From Candidatus Ozemobacteraceae bacterium (GTDB lineage: Bacteria; Muiribacteriota; Ozemobacteria; Ozemobacterales; Ozemobacteraceae): a DNA stretch of 64,000 nucleotides. Position 1 is the stretch's first letter. Every line of letters starts with the position of its first letter. Location of the stretch: the NCBI GenBank assembly GCA_965140445.1, contig OZ223236.1:3072001-3136000 (forward strand), in the 5' to 3' direction. Shown piece by piece: positions 9,209 through 19,859 of this stretch. The notes beneath the pieces were generated by a model that saw only the letters and a program-made list of their open reading frames with translations, had not been told where the DNA came from and searched no databases. The position numbers were made by a program, and so were the translations under genes.

Positions 9209-10798
9209 ATGAAAAGATTTAATTTGGTTACTGGGTGGTTTTTGCTTCTGTTGGTTTTTGCCAGCTCTATAAACTGTTTTGCTACACCATCAATCGGTAA
9301 AATTCAGCAGGATATAAAAAAAGCGCGATCACTATGGACCACGGACGCGTATGCAGCTCAAAAAATACTTGAGAAAGCCTATAATGACTCAATGGCGTGG
9401 ACAGCTCCAGAATTTCTGGATTCGGTAAAGCAAAAAGCTCTCTATGTCGCGGTACAATGTGTTAGTCCAGCTTTAATCCCGGAAGTTTATACAACTGCAG
9501 ATACTTATGAAAAATTGTATCCAAAGGGAATTTATCTGAGCAAGGTTCTTTTATATAAAGCCATTGCAGCTTTTTCTGTAAAAGACTATGACCTGGCAGA
9601 AGCTGCGCTTAAAAGAGTTGAAGAAATAGCCGGTGGAAAAGTTCCTTACAAAACGAAGTCTCTTAGACTTGGTGCTTATCTTTCTTCGGCAAAGTATAGA
9701 ACAGCAGAAAAGTATCTTGAACAATCCTATTTGAACAAGCCTGATTCAAGACTGAAGAAGGATTTAAGACGATTTCATCGTGGAAATGCGTATGTTCAAA
9801 AACTTATGGAAATGGTAGTGGAAAACAAAATTTCTGCTGCGGATGCCGTAGATAAAATTAACAGAGCTCTGGAAAACAACTATTTTGCTAAAAATGCTCC
9901 GACTATCTCTTTAATTGGACAGAGAATAAAAGATAGTTCGGGTGATGTTTATCATCCTTTACAAGTTGAATGGTGTGGATTAGAAAGAGCTATTCATCAC
10001 ACAACCTCTTCTCAATACAGAATACACAAAAACCTTGAATTTATTAAAAAGTTTCCTGAAGCCACACCGGAACAAAAATACTTAGTTCTTCAGAATCTCA
10101 GGAACATCTATTTGTATGAAACTATGGATAAAGAACTTGCCGAAGAAATTCTGAAAGAAATGGGCAGAATGCCAAATTTTGGAGACAGAGCAAGGGTTGA
10201 GGAAATTCTTTGTGGTTTTAATGAAGAAAAAATCATTACTGAAGCCGGAAGAAATGAATTACTTGAATTGCATAAACTCAAGGCATTGTTTCCATATGAT
10301 AATGGCGCTTTGCCAGTAGTCACCTATGATAGAGTTAATCTAATGTTGGCTTTGTCAGACATGGTGGTCGGAGATGGGAAAAAATCAATAGTAAAATCTG
10401 TTCCTGAAGTTAAAGGCTATAGTGGACTTCCATTTGATTTGTTTTTCTTTGGTGCTGTAGGACAAAAACTACAGGCACATGAAATATTTGAATCAGTTAA
10501 AGCAGGGCAGACTGTTCAGGTTAAGAGAATGATAGATGATTCTCTTTATCCGTTATATTTACCCGCTGGAATCGGAACCAGATACTTTCTTGCTGGATTA
10601 GCATGCGAAAAGGTTTTCCCTTACTTAGCAATGGACTTAATAAATAAATCTATTACAGTTGAAAAAAGACTGACTAAGAATGAGCATGCACTGGCTGTTC
10701 TTGCTGATACTTATCAAGTTCACAATGCTTATAAAGAAGCCCAGGAAGTATGGGGGATATTACGTAGTTTACACCCTCAATCAATTTGGCTTAAATAA
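9209..10798 (+). CDS. Exported helical/TPR-like hypothetical protein
   Basis: Signal peptide, RBS GGAGG, TPR-like helices, C-terminal HPQSIW. Confidence 0.6.
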   Translation: MKRFNLVTGWFLLLLVFASSINCFATPSIGKIQQDIKKARSLWTTDAYAAQKILEKAYNDSMAWTAPEFLDSVKQKALYVAVQCVSPALIPEVYTTADTYEKLYPKGIYLSKVLLYKAIAAFSVKDYDLAEAALKRVEEIAGGKVPYKTKSLRLGAYLSSAKYRTAEKYLEQSYLNKPDSRLKKDLRRFHRGNAYVQKLMEMVVENKISAADAVDKINRALENNYFAKNAPTISLIGQRIKDSSGDVYHPLQVEWCGLERAIHHTTSSQYRIHKNLEFIKKFPEATPEQKYLVLQNLRNIYLYETMDKELAEEILKEMGRMPNFGDRARVEEILCGFNEEKIITEAGRNELLELHKLKALFPYDNGALPVVTYDRVNLMLALSDMVVGDGKKSIVKSVPEVKGYSGLPFDLFFFGAVGQKLQAHEIFESVKAGQTVQVKRMIDDSLYPLYLPAGIGTRYFLAGLACEKVFPYLAMDLINKSITVEKRLTKNEHALAVLADTYQVHNAYKEAQEVWGILRSLHPQSIWLK

Positions 10799-10810
10799 AT
10801 AAAATTCTTC

Positions 10811-10842
10811 ACCGGAGCCAATAAATTATTGTTGGCTCCGGT
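10811..10842 (+). terminator. Stem-loop, probable intrinsic terminator
   Basis: ACCGGAGCCAA...TTGGCTCCGGT followed by TTGCTTTCT. Confidence 0.65.
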
Positions 10843-10875
10843 TTGCTTTCTAAGAAATGTAATTTGGAGGCTCTA

Positions 10876-13236
10876 GTGAAAAAGCTGATTTTTGCAGTAT
10901 TGGTTTTTACTTCTACGGTTTGCTTTGCTGAAACTCTTTTTGAATATCGTGGGATTTTTCCAGCTAACCGTGATAGTAATGCTGAAATTACTAACTACAT
11001 GTTGCTAAAGGAAGCAAAGGGAATCTCCTTCGAAATTTTTGAGCCAGGTAAAAAAGAACAAACAGATAGAGTTAAAATTCAATCTGTTAAACTTACATCT
11101 GATAGCAGCGTTGAATTTAAATCAGATGCTGGAGTTAAAAGAATAAATTTGCCTGAAACTGGTATTTATGAAATAAAGCTAATTCCTGTTTCAAGAAATG
11201 ATGGTGAAATCAAATTTATTTTGAGAGTCCTTGAAAGTGAAAATGAAGACGATGGGGCAGCTCCTGCTACTACCAAAATAGAAGAAAATACCAAAACAGA
11301 AGAAAAATTGGAGACAAATACTTTGGAAATCTCTTCTATTGCCAAAGATTCTTCCAATAACCTTGATGATAATTTGCACTCAACCAACGCTAAATTGCAA
11401 GAGCGCATTGATTTAAATCAAGCTTCCATCAAAATAGATAATAATTTGACTAAGGCTAATATAGCTTCTTCTACAGAATTAGAAGTTCCACCCTCAACTT
11501 TAAAAATTGAAAATTCTGAAATTGGATCTGTTTCAGAATCGATTAATGCAAGCTACCCGGAAAGCAACATTGTTATTGCAACTTTATCTGATTCTTTGCC
11601 TTCAAATATCGCTTCTGAGGTTATTGAAACAGCTTCAAGCACATCTTTAACAAATCCAGATGTAGAATTTCAAGTTGTTTCACCAGCAAACAGATTTTAT
11701 TTAAACCCCTTTCGAGGTATTAGATTTAAATCTTCCTTTAAGCTTCAGGAAGATGGTTCTGGAATTACCGAAATAAAGGTTTTTAACAAAATGGTTGATG
11801 GCAGCGAAAAAGCTGTAAAAGGTAATTTTATAGATCTCGGGGATAACTTAAAATCTTTTACACCTGAGCCAATTACACCTGGTGTTGTTTATTATTTAAA
11901 ATGCAATGGTGATGAGCCTAACAATGATAAAGTTTTCAAATTTCCTTCTTTTCCGGATTTGAAAGCAAAATACCAACCACAAAAAGATGTTCATCAATTT
12001 GTTATTAATTGGAACCAGAACTATGATTTCATGGCTAATTCCATGGGCCAGGTAGTAAAGCTGGAAGATACAAAAATAGAATTAAAAACGACTGAAAAAA
12101 CAATTTTTTCAGCAGAAATAAATGGAAATACCCCACCATTCTTCTACAACAATAGCAGTGTTTTTAAGCTTAGCCCTTATAACCTGCTTATTGCTACTCC
12201 AAAGAGTACATTGTCCGATGAGCAGGGAGAAATTGTTCTTTCTGTTTCTGCTCACCTGGATGGTTATCCAGATTACATAAAGATTTTTTCCCAAACCTTT
12301 CAAATTGGTGAAAAAAGTGAATCTAATAAAAATGAGATAGGTATTGAATCTTTAAGGGATGCACCTGCAACTTTGCCAGAAAATTTGACTGGTAATAACT
12401 CAAATCTAGATATTCAGGAGGCTTTGAAGCTGGATTTTGTTAAGTCCATCAAAATAGAAGTTCCTGGAATCGGCCAGAAAGCGATTTGGCCTCACGAAAC
12501 CAGTCTTGATGAGTTTGGTAACATTTGGATTCTTGATAGCCAGATGAAGCAGGTTTACTGTTTTAATTTAGAAGGAAATCTGAGAATTAGTTTTGGGCAG
12601 AGAGATTCGGATAAAGAAAAGCTTGGGTTCCCTTATTCCATGATATATAAGGATGGAATCATACTGGTTTCTGATAGTCTTGAGCGTAAAATCCATAAGT
12701 TTTCCACAGATGGGAAGCTTGTTGGCACAATTCCCGGAGCCAATGAAAGGCTTGTTTCTCCTGGGGGAATGTGTTTTAGAAATAAGGAAGTCTGGGTTGT
12801 TGATCGGCACCAAAAAGCGATTGTTTGTTTTGATAAACAGGAAAAATACCTTGGCAAATTTGGTGGACCAGACACAAATCTTTTTTCCGAACCGGTTATG
12901 GTTAGGGCAACTGATAAAGCTTTGTTTGTTTTGGAAAGCAGTGGTGAGGTTAAGATCGTTTCACCAATGGGACAGCTCGAAACTTCTTTTGACAGTGGAT
13001 GCAAAGGTGCAAAAACTTTCTGGGTTGATAAATGGGGATTTGTATGGATCTGTGATGGAGACCGATTTCAGGTGAAACGGTTTAATCAGGATGGAAAGCT
13101 TTTAACGGTCATTAATCCTCCTCCAGGACCAAAACCATGGATTCCAACTTGTGTAAGCACTAATGATAATGGTTTGGTTGCAATTGGAGATGCTCAGTTC
13201 AAAAAGATTTATCTATTTAAAATGGTGGGTAAATAA
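10876..13236 (+). CDS. Secreted protein with C-terminal NHL-repeat beta-propeller
   Basis: GTG start after GGAGG, signal peptide, S/T/N-rich linker, NHL-like repeats (IWILDSQ, ILVSDS, VWVVDR, VWICDG). Confidence 0.75.
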   Translation: MKKLIFAVLVFTSTVCFAETLFEYRGIFPANRDSNAEITNYMLLKEAKGISFEIFEPGKKEQTDRVKIQSVKLTSDSSVEFKSDAGVKRINLPETGIYEIKLIPVSRNDGEIKFILRVLESENEDDGAAPATTKIEENTKTEEKLETNTLEISSIAKDSSNNLDDNLHSTNAKLQERIDLNQASIKIDNNLTKANIASSTELEVPPSTLKIENSEIGSVSESINASYPESNIVIATLSDSLPSNIASEVIETASSTSLTNPDVEFQVVSPANRFYLNPFRGIRFKSSFKLQEDGSGITEIKVFNKMVDGSEKAVKGNFIDLGDNLKSFTPEPITPGVVYYLKCNGDEPNNDKVFKFPSFPDLKAKYQPQKDVHQFVINWNQNYDFMANSMGQVVKLEDTKIELKTTEKTIFSAEINGNTPPFFYNNSSVFKLSPYNLLIATPKSTLSDEQGEIVLSVSAHLDGYPDYIKIFSQTFQIGEKSESNKNEIGIESLRDAPATLPENLTGNNSNLDIQEALKLDFVKSIKIEVPGIGQKAIWPHETSLDEFGNIWILDSQMKQVYCFNLEGNLRISFGQRDSDKEKLGFPYSMIYKDGIILVSDSLERKIHKFSTDGKLVGTIPGANERLVSPGGMCFRNKEVWVVDRHQKAIVCFDKQEKYLGKFGGPDTNLFSEPVMVRATDKALFVLESSGEVKIVSPMGQLETSFDSGCKGAKTFWVDKWGFVWICDGDRFQVKRFNQDGKLLTVINPPPGPKPWIPTCVSTNDNGLVAIGDAQFKKIYLFKMVGK

Positions 13237-13826
13237 TGCGGCTTTTAAGTAAGTTATCTTTATTTTTTTTGTTCATGCCAACCGTTTTGGTATTTGGTGA
13301 TAGTTTGCCGGAAAAACTCCTGGCACAGAAAATTGTTGGAAAAGTTTTGATTCACTCAGCAGATAAATCCCCTTATTCCCTTCAGGAGGGTGAGTATCAA
13401 ATTAAAGATGTAAATGGAATCTTTGCTTTAAATGATGGTCAGGGAATTTTTAAACTTGGAGATGATTTTAGATTCAGGCTTAAAGAGGATTCAACAATTC
13501 AGATATCTAATCTGGGAAAAGTTGAAATTAGCAGGGGAGTTGGCGGATTTAGCATTGGCGAAACTCCCAAAATAATTAGAACCCCCCATTTTGAGGTTAG
13601 CGGTTCTAACTGCATTATTGTTATTAAAGCAAATCCGATCTTAACTAGAATCTGCGTTATCAAAGGGGAAGTAGAAATTTCAAAAGCTACTGAAAAAATA
13701 AGGTTAAAATCAGGTGAAGAAATCGCTGCTTCTGATAATAAGTTCTCTAAAATCTACACAAAAACTGCCGAGTTAAGGTTTGCCTGGTATTGGGTAGAAC
13801 CCGATAAAGAACCTAGTTTCCAGTAA
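13236..13826 (+). CDS. FecR-domain exported protein
   Basis: FRLKEDSTIQI, IRTPHFEV, TRICVIKGEVEI, LKSGE pattern. Confidence 0.65.
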   Translation: MRLLSKLSLFFLFMPTVLVFGDSLPEKLLAQKIVGKVLIHSADKSPYSLQEGEYQIKDVNGIFALNDGQGIFKLGDDFRFRLKEDSTIQISNLGKVEISRGVGGFSIGETPKIIRTPHFEVSGSNCIIVIKANPILTRICVIKGEVEISKATEKIRLKSGEEIAASDNKFSKIYTKTAELRFAWYWVEPDKEPSFQ

Positions 13827-14496
13827 AAGATCTTAACGTAAAAACGTGACGTGCTGAACCAGTGATTTTTCCATTTTCATTTACTTCACCGATTAAGACT
13901 ACTCTGTAATTACCATCAATTGGTAGATATTCTGTTATTTCTGGTCCGTAAGCTCTGAAGGTTTCTTTGGCAAGGGTACCAAATTCGGAATATATCCTTA
14001 GATAATAAGAAGTTGAGGAACCATCAAGGATTGGATAACTAACTTTAATATATCTGGCTGCAGAATCCCAACTCAAAGTAGGAGCCGTTCGAAATTGAGG
14101 GGCGGTTGTCCATTGAACACTATTTTCTGTAAGCAATAAGGTTTCAGAATTTTTAAAATACTTTAAAACATAACCGCCTGAAACAAAAGTTCCTGGTGAT
14201 CTTTCTAAGGTTACTTCCCAGCTATTGGTCAAACTTTGAAGTTTTAAGTCTGAGCCGGCCAATTTTATTCCATTTAAATCTTCTATCCAGCCACCTGAAA
14301 CACCTGTTCCTGTTACAACCGCATGCAGAGTGTCATTGGTTGATCCATTTTCATAGCTAATTTTACCTGCAGCCAAAGATGAAGCAGATATACTTGAATT
14401 TGTTGCTGTGGAGCCTCCACCGCCTCCTCCGCACCCGATAATGGAAATTATCACAACCGAAATACAGATAAATAGCAGTGTTTTATAGTTTTTCAT
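13813..14496 (-). CDS. Lipoprotein, unknown function
   Basis: ATG 14496 after AAGGAG; lipobox IIGC followed by GGGGGGS linker. Confidence 0.75.
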   Translation of the reverse strand: MKNYKTLLFICISVVIISIIGCGGGGGGSTATNSSISASSLAAGKISYENGSTNDTLHAVVTGTGVSGGWIEDLNGIKLAGSDLKLQSLTNSWEVTLERSPGTFVSGGYVLKYFKNSETLLLTENSVQWTTAPQFRTAPTLSWDSAARYIKVSYPILDGSSTSYYLRIYSEFGTLAKETFRAYGPEITEYLPIDGNYRVVLIGEVNENGKITGSARHVFTLRSFTGN

Positions 14497-14591
14497 AAGT
14501 GGCTCCTTAAAGGCATGACCGATATTATCACCAAAAAAAAAACAGGTCAATATGGATTGACAGAGAAATGAAAAGAGGGTAAAAATTTTGT

Positions 14592-15669
14592 ATGAAAATT
14601 ATCCATTCTTTAGAAGGTGAATCTTGGAGCGGCGGACAGCAGCAAGCATTTTTTCTTGCAAAAGGCCAGCAGGAGCTAGGCCATGACGTATTATTAATGT
14701 GTCAGAAAGGCAGCGTTCTTGAAAAAAGAGCTTTGGAAGCTGGCCTGAAAGTAAGATCGGTAAATTACTTTAAAGAAATAAATCCAGTTTCAATGATTCA
14801 GCTGTATAAAGCTTATAAAGAGTTTAAGCCAGATATTGTAAATGTTCACAGGGCCTGGGCTCATACCCAGTGGCTTATTGTTTCTTTAATTACAAGATTT
14901 AGAGGGTTGATTGTTACTCGAAGAGTGCTTTTTAAGCCGGATTCTAACCCCGTAAGTCTGGTTAAATATAGAACTCCAGCCATTAGAGGCTATATTGCTG
15001 TTAGCGAAGCTGTTGGCAAGCAACTCGAGAAAACTGGCGTTAAATCAGAAAGAATTGAAGTTGTTTATTCAGCTACAGATACGGTTAGGTTTTCCCCCAG
15101 AATCAAATGAACCGCTTGAAGCTTCCTGGCCTGTCCCAGATGGAGCCTCTGCCTGTTTAATGGTAGGTAATTATAGCATTAACAAGGGACATCACCTTTT
15201 AATTGATGCATTTAAGGAACTTGGTAAAAGTAAACCTCAGCTTCATCTGGTGCTGGCTGGACATGGCACTGATTCAGAGAAACTACGAAAGTATGCTGAA
15301 GGGCATCCATTTTTGGATCGAATTCATATGCTGGGATTCAGAGCAGACGTTCCAGCAATGATGAAAAAGGCTCTTTTCACCATTAATGCTTCTTATAAAG
15401 AAGGATTGTCAGGAACAGTCAGGGAATCTTTGGCTTTAAATGTCCCGGTATTAGCTTCAGATATTCCAGGGAATCTGGAAATTGGGAAATTAGTTCCAAT
15501 TAAGCTTTTTAAATCTGGCGACGCGTTGAATCTTGCAGAACAGGCCGTAGAATTTATGGCTGAGTTGGATAAGTTTCAGGAACTTAGGGAAAAAACGGTT
15601 TCCAACTTTTCTGTTTCATCAATGGTTCAAAAAACGATAAATGCCTATAGAAAATTTATAAAAAAATGA
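14592..15669 (+). pseudogene. GT4 (GT-B) glycosyltransferase split by a +1 frameshift in TTTTCCCCC (15090-15098)
   Basis: N-terminal ORF 14592-15110 (WSGGQQQ, IAVSEAV) and C-terminal frame to 15669 (KGHHLL, LGFRADV, EGLSGTVRESLA) join as ...TVRFSPESNEP... if one base is removed. Confidence 0.8.
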
Positions 15670-16673
15670 AATGTGATTCAATACCCGTCCTTTATTATCA
15701 TAGAGTTGGTGCTCCAGACCCGGTGCATCTAAGTATTTCAATTGAAGGTTTCGACCGTCAGATGGCCTTCTTGAAAAGAAGAGGATACAATGTAATCTCA
15801 GCGAAAGAACTTATAGACTGGATGGCAGGAGATTTAAATCTGAAAATGCCAGCAGTTTGCCTGACTTTTGATGATGGTTTTGTTGATAATCTTTTATATG
15901 CAGATCCGATCCTTGAAAAATACGGGTTTAAGGCGGCTTTATTTGTTGCCACAGACCTGATAAGACCGGAAAGTCAAAAAGCTGCAGAAAAGGTGGATGA
16001 GTTTAACACAGCTCATACAAAAGCTAGACGCGGCGATTTATCAAATTTTATGTCTCTTAATGAGCTAAAAACACTTGAAAACACCGGTCGATGGGAAATC
16101 TACAGTCATTCGGCTAAACATAATCAGGTTTTTGTTTCAAAAGAAAAAACGGGGATTTATCCCAAAACTGATAACCATTGGGGAATTTTATCAGCATATA
16201 ATAACGGTTGCTCCAGTGGAGAATGGCCTGTATTTAAACGACAGGCCGGTCTTGTTACACCGGGATTTGTTAAATGCTCTCAAGGAAAAGATTCAAGCAT
16301 AGATTCTGAAGAATCAATACAGGTTGGTGATATTTTTTTAAAAAAAGAAAAACAAACTGAATATCTTGAACGTATTGAAAATGATTTAACCAGTTCACTA
16401 AAAATTATTGAAAAAGAATTTATTCCTAAACCTAAGTTGATTTGTTGGCCTTGGGGTAAAACCAATGAGACCTTGGAAAAAGTGGCGGTTAAAGTCGGTT
16501 ATACCGGTGCATTTAGAACTGATACAGGAGCAAATTTTAAGGGAATGAACCCAATGAAAATCAGAAGGTTTCCCATAAAAAAAGAAGATTTGTTTCGTTT
16601 TTCGCTAGGCCTGTGGCTAAGAAAGAAAAAGGTATTTGCTGATATTTATGCTTTTTTCCGTAATAAGGATTAA
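15666..16673 (+). CDS. Polysaccharide deacetylase (NodB-like)
   Basis: PVLYYHRV, LTFDDG, SHSAKH, CWPWG. Confidence 0.9.
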   Translation: MKCDSIPVLYYHRVGAPDPVHLSISIEGFDRQMAFLKRRGYNVISAKELIDWMAGDLNLKMPAVCLTFDDGFVDNLLYADPILEKYGFKAALFVATDLIRPESQKAAEKVDEFNTAHTKARRGDLSNFMSLNELKTLENTGRWEIYSHSAKHNQVFVSKEKTGIYPKTDNHWGILSAYNNGCSSGEWPVFKRQAGLVTPGFVKCSQGKDSSIDSEESIQVGDIFLKKEKQTEYLERIENDLTSSLKIIEKEFIPKPKLICWPWGKTNETLEKVAVKVGYTGAFRTDTGANFKGMNPMKIRRFPIKKEDLFRFSLGLWLRKKKVFADIYAFFRNKD

Positions 16674-16681
16674 AAAAGTCC

Positions 16682-16710
16682 CTGACTAGCCTTACATATC
16701 CTGATATAAT
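16682..16710 (+). promoter_or_regulatory. Promoter with extended -10, near-leaderless
   Basis: CTGACT-17 nt-TATAAT with TG extension; ATG 9 nt later, no RBS. Confidence 0.55.
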
Positions 16711-16719
16711 ACTCAAACT

Positions 16720-17547
16720 ATGGTTGCAACAGCAGAAGAAATTATTAGAAAAGCACAGAACTGTTTAAAACAGAAAAAAAACATCAACAGTGCTTTAATT
16801 GGTCTTGGAATCGCCCATTTTGAAAAGGGAGATTTTGATAAGGCCATCGAATTCTACCAAAAAGCCCTCCAGGAAGATCCGGATTCAGCAGAAGCAAACG
16901 CTGGTATGGGAATGGCTCTTGCAAGAATTAATAAAACAAATGAGTCTATTGAATCATTTAAGAAAGCTTTAAAAATGGCTCCTGGCTGCGGAATATTAGC
17001 AAACTGGATTGCAGATGCTTACTTTGATCTGGGAGATCTGGAAAACGCCATTGAGTTTTATGGGCAAGCGACTAGATTGAACAGGATGGATAGCAATGCC
17101 CACAATGATCTGGCAGATGCATACCGACTTAGTGGGCAAATTGATTTGGCAATAGAGCATTATGATTTAACAATACAGCTTGACCCATTTGATACAAATG
17201 CAATCCTTGAAAAAGCCCAATGCCTTCTCCTTAAAAACAGGAAGGATGAAGCATGTAAGGCACTCATAGATTTAATTGAGAAATTCCCAAAAACCCGTGA
17301 TGCGGGCACGGCAACAATACTGGCTGGCAATATTTTTTCCGGGAAGAAAGATTTTAAAACGGCGATTGGATATTTTCAAAAAGCTCTGGACTTTTTCCCA
17401 TATAATACCAATGTTTTATTCCAGACGGGTCTTGCTTATATGGTCAATGGAGATAAAACTGAAGCAGAAAAATGTTTCAAAAAAATTGTTGAATTAGATC
17501 CGTCTGATGAAAAAGTTAAAAAGCTCCTTCAGGAACTTAGAAAGTGA
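16720..17547 (+). CDS. TPR repeat protein
   Basis: About seven canonical TPRs (LGIAHFEKGDFDKAIEFYQKAL etc.). Confidence 0.9.
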   Translation: MVATAEEIIRKAQNCLKQKKNINSALIGLGIAHFEKGDFDKAIEFYQKALQEDPDSAEANAGMGMALARINKTNESIESFKKALKMAPGCGILANWIADAYFDLGDLENAIEFYGQATRLNRMDSNAHNDLADAYRLSGQIDLAIEHYDLTIQLDPFDTNAILEKAQCLLLKNRKDEACKALIDLIEKFPKTRDAGTATILAGNIFSGKKDFKTAIGYFQKALDFFPYNTNVLFQTGLAYMVNGDKTEAEKCFKKIVELDPSDEKVKKLLQELRK

Positions 17548-19817
17548 AGGGATATTTCTTTAAACATAGAAGAAAAGGAATGCTTTTAGTCCTCGTAGCA
17601 GGCGTTCTTGTTTTTTCAATGATTATTTTTATTTCCTTGATCAATAGAGTCAGACATGAAGGGGCGGTAACCGCAAGGGTCTCTGTTAATGAAAGGATGT
17701 ATCAGGCCGCATCAGCAATTGGTCGCCTTGCAGTTAGAAAGTTGCAGAAAGATTTTGAAACAAAGGATCCTGAGTTTTCAAAAAAAATAATTGATGCAGC
17801 ATTTAACAATAAATACGGAAAACTCGCTGAAGTAAGCTATTCGGATGTTATTAAAAACCTTGATGTTGTTAAAGAAATTATTACCCGGTTTAAAAGTAAA
17901 TGGGGTGAAATTAGTTTTGAGGTCACCTATTCTACGGATCTCGGTAAGGAAAATCCTTTTTCAGCACCCATAAAAGGTCTTACACCTAGTCCTTTTGAAA
18001 GAAAAGGACATATTGATGTTGTTGTAGAAGTATTCCACCTGGGAATTTCAAAGGTTTGTAGAATCAGAAAAGAATTTTTATTGACCAACCTTCTCCCACA
18101 ACCTTTTCACCGCTTTACGCTTTTTTCCCATAAAGGTGCGACAATTGATAAAAATGTTGCCAATCAAACATTCCTTAAAGACGATGGAAAGCTTGAGAGC
18201 GGACGCCCTTTAGTTTGTTACAATTCATTAATCAGAAAGAAAAAAGAAGGCATCGAAGGATTAGATTTTCGATTTAATCGCGCAGATAACATTGTAAAAG
18301 TAATCGACGGCGAACCATCCTTTGTGAAAAATGGTTGGATTTATCTCGGAGGCCGTGGGAATTCAATGGATTCCATGGACGATTCTGGAAATCTTATTCT
18401 CAACGTAAACACTGGTAGCAATGATGATCAAGGCAAAAGCTGCTTTGGTGAATTTTTCCACTTTTATTTCAACCCGAATAGCTCAGGTTGGCTCATTTCT
18501 AAGGATTGGACCGACTGGTTTAATAAGCTAATTCCTGGCAATGACCAGGGGGGTGGAGCCAGCCGAATAATGGTTGCTTTTGTTGACTATGGATATTATA
18601 AGGGGCTTTATAGTATCCCTTTCAGAAGCAATTATTTGTTTAAAACCGCATTGGAAATATATGGTTCCAAGATTAGTGAAAACATTGATCGGGGAAATTC
18701 AATGCACCTTTTTGGAACCCCGGCATTGTGTACTCCGACTCTTATTTTTGGAAAGGTTAAAAGACGCTATATTCGTACTTTTGCTTTTTACTTTAGTGAA
18801 AGTTCACGTGTGTATCCATTAAGAGGATTTAAAAATGAAAGTTCATTAAACAATTTCGCGTTTAAAGAAATTCCAGACTGGTATAGATCTATTTCTGGAA
18901 ATAATGCTGATGAGACTTTAATGGCAGATTTTTCGAGCATTTTTGCTACAGAAATTGATGTTCCAAAATATCAATTGGGTTTTCCTTCTAAAACCCCTTC
19001 TTTATGTGGACTGGATCCTGAAGTTCGTGACTGGGAACCCTATCTTGAGGGGTTAAAAAACATTTCTGATCCCGGTGGTCCCGACAGAAAGTGGTCAGAG
19101 GTTGTTATGAAAAATGATTATGTACAAGATGGCCCACAGAGCCTTTGTAAAACTGATTACAACTTCTCCAATGATAAAGAGATTTATTACACCGGCAGTA
19201 TCAGACAAATTAATCCCAAAGACGGATATTTAAGAGATAGGATGAGCTATTTAATAGATACTGGTGAAAACGGACCAGTAAAGCTTAGCAAATGCGAATT
19301 TTTTAAAAATCGTTTTATTAGCAAAAGCAAGGGTAAAAATATGCTCTTCTTGAATCAGGTAATAGGAATTAAAGGCGATTTAATTGTTGATATACCATTA
19401 GAGGTTGTTAAAGGCGGAGTGATCATTGTTGATGGGAAGGTTACCATCCAGGCTCCTATAGTTAACCCGTATATAGAAAATGTTCCGACTACTCCAGATG
19501 CCTATGGTTATCTTTCTTTTATTACAAAAAAAGAAATAGTTATTGCCGCAGGGACCAAGGTTTCCGGTGGGCTTCCCCAGGTTCATGGCTTTTTTATCAG
19601 CATGAGCGATGGAGGTGGAAGAATCGTTGTTGGCAAAGGATTTCACATTATCGGTGGTGTTGCTGCTGATAATATTGATGATCTTGTTAAAAATGGATGT
19701 ATTGTTGAGTGGGGTTTTGATCCAAAAGAGCTTTCCAATGGAAAATGTTTTAGCTCTCCAGATTTTTATGGTTTGGCTATGGGACCGAGAGATTTGGAAA
19801 TTATTCGAGAAGAATAA
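17544..19817 (+). CDS. Large PilX/GspK-like minor pilin-associated protein
   Basis: Basic leader RRKG-MLLVLV hydrophobic helix without Glu5; glycine-rich beta C-terminus. Confidence 0.55.
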   Translation: MKGYFFKHRRKGMLLVLVAGVLVFSMIIFISLINRVRHEGAVTARVSVNERMYQAASAIGRLAVRKLQKDFETKDPEFSKKIIDAAFNNKYGKLAEVSYSDVIKNLDVVKEIITRFKSKWGEISFEVTYSTDLGKENPFSAPIKGLTPSPFERKGHIDVVVEVFHLGISKVCRIRKEFLLTNLLPQPFHRFTLFSHKGATIDKNVANQTFLKDDGKLESGRPLVCYNSLIRKKKEGIEGLDFRFNRADNIVKVIDGEPSFVKNGWIYLGGRGNSMDSMDDSGNLILNVNTGSNDDQGKSCFGEFFHFYFNPNSSGWLISKDWTDWFNKLIPGNDQGGGASRIMVAFVDYGYYKGLYSIPFRSNYLFKTALEIYGSKISENIDRGNSMHLFGTPALCTPTLIFGKVKRRYIRTFAFYFSESSRVYPLRGFKNESSLNNFAFKEIPDWYRSISGNNADETLMADFSSIFATEIDVPKYQLGFPSKTPSLCGLDPEVRDWEPYLEGLKNISDPGGPDRKWSEVVMKNDYVQDGPQSLCKTDYNFSNDKEIYYTGSIRQINPKDGYLRDRMSYLIDTGENGPVKLSKCEFFKNRFISKSKGKNMLFLNQVIGIKGDLIVDIPLEVVKGGVIIVDGKVTIQAPIVNPYIENVPTTPDAYGYLSFITKKEIVIAAGTKVSGGLPQVHGFFISMSDGGGRIVVGKGFHIIGGVAADNIDDLVKNGCIVEWGFDPKELSNGKCFSSPDFYGLAMGPRDLEIIREE

Positions 19818-19859
19818 AAACTTTTTTAATTTAGATAAGTATTAATATAGAGTCCAGAA

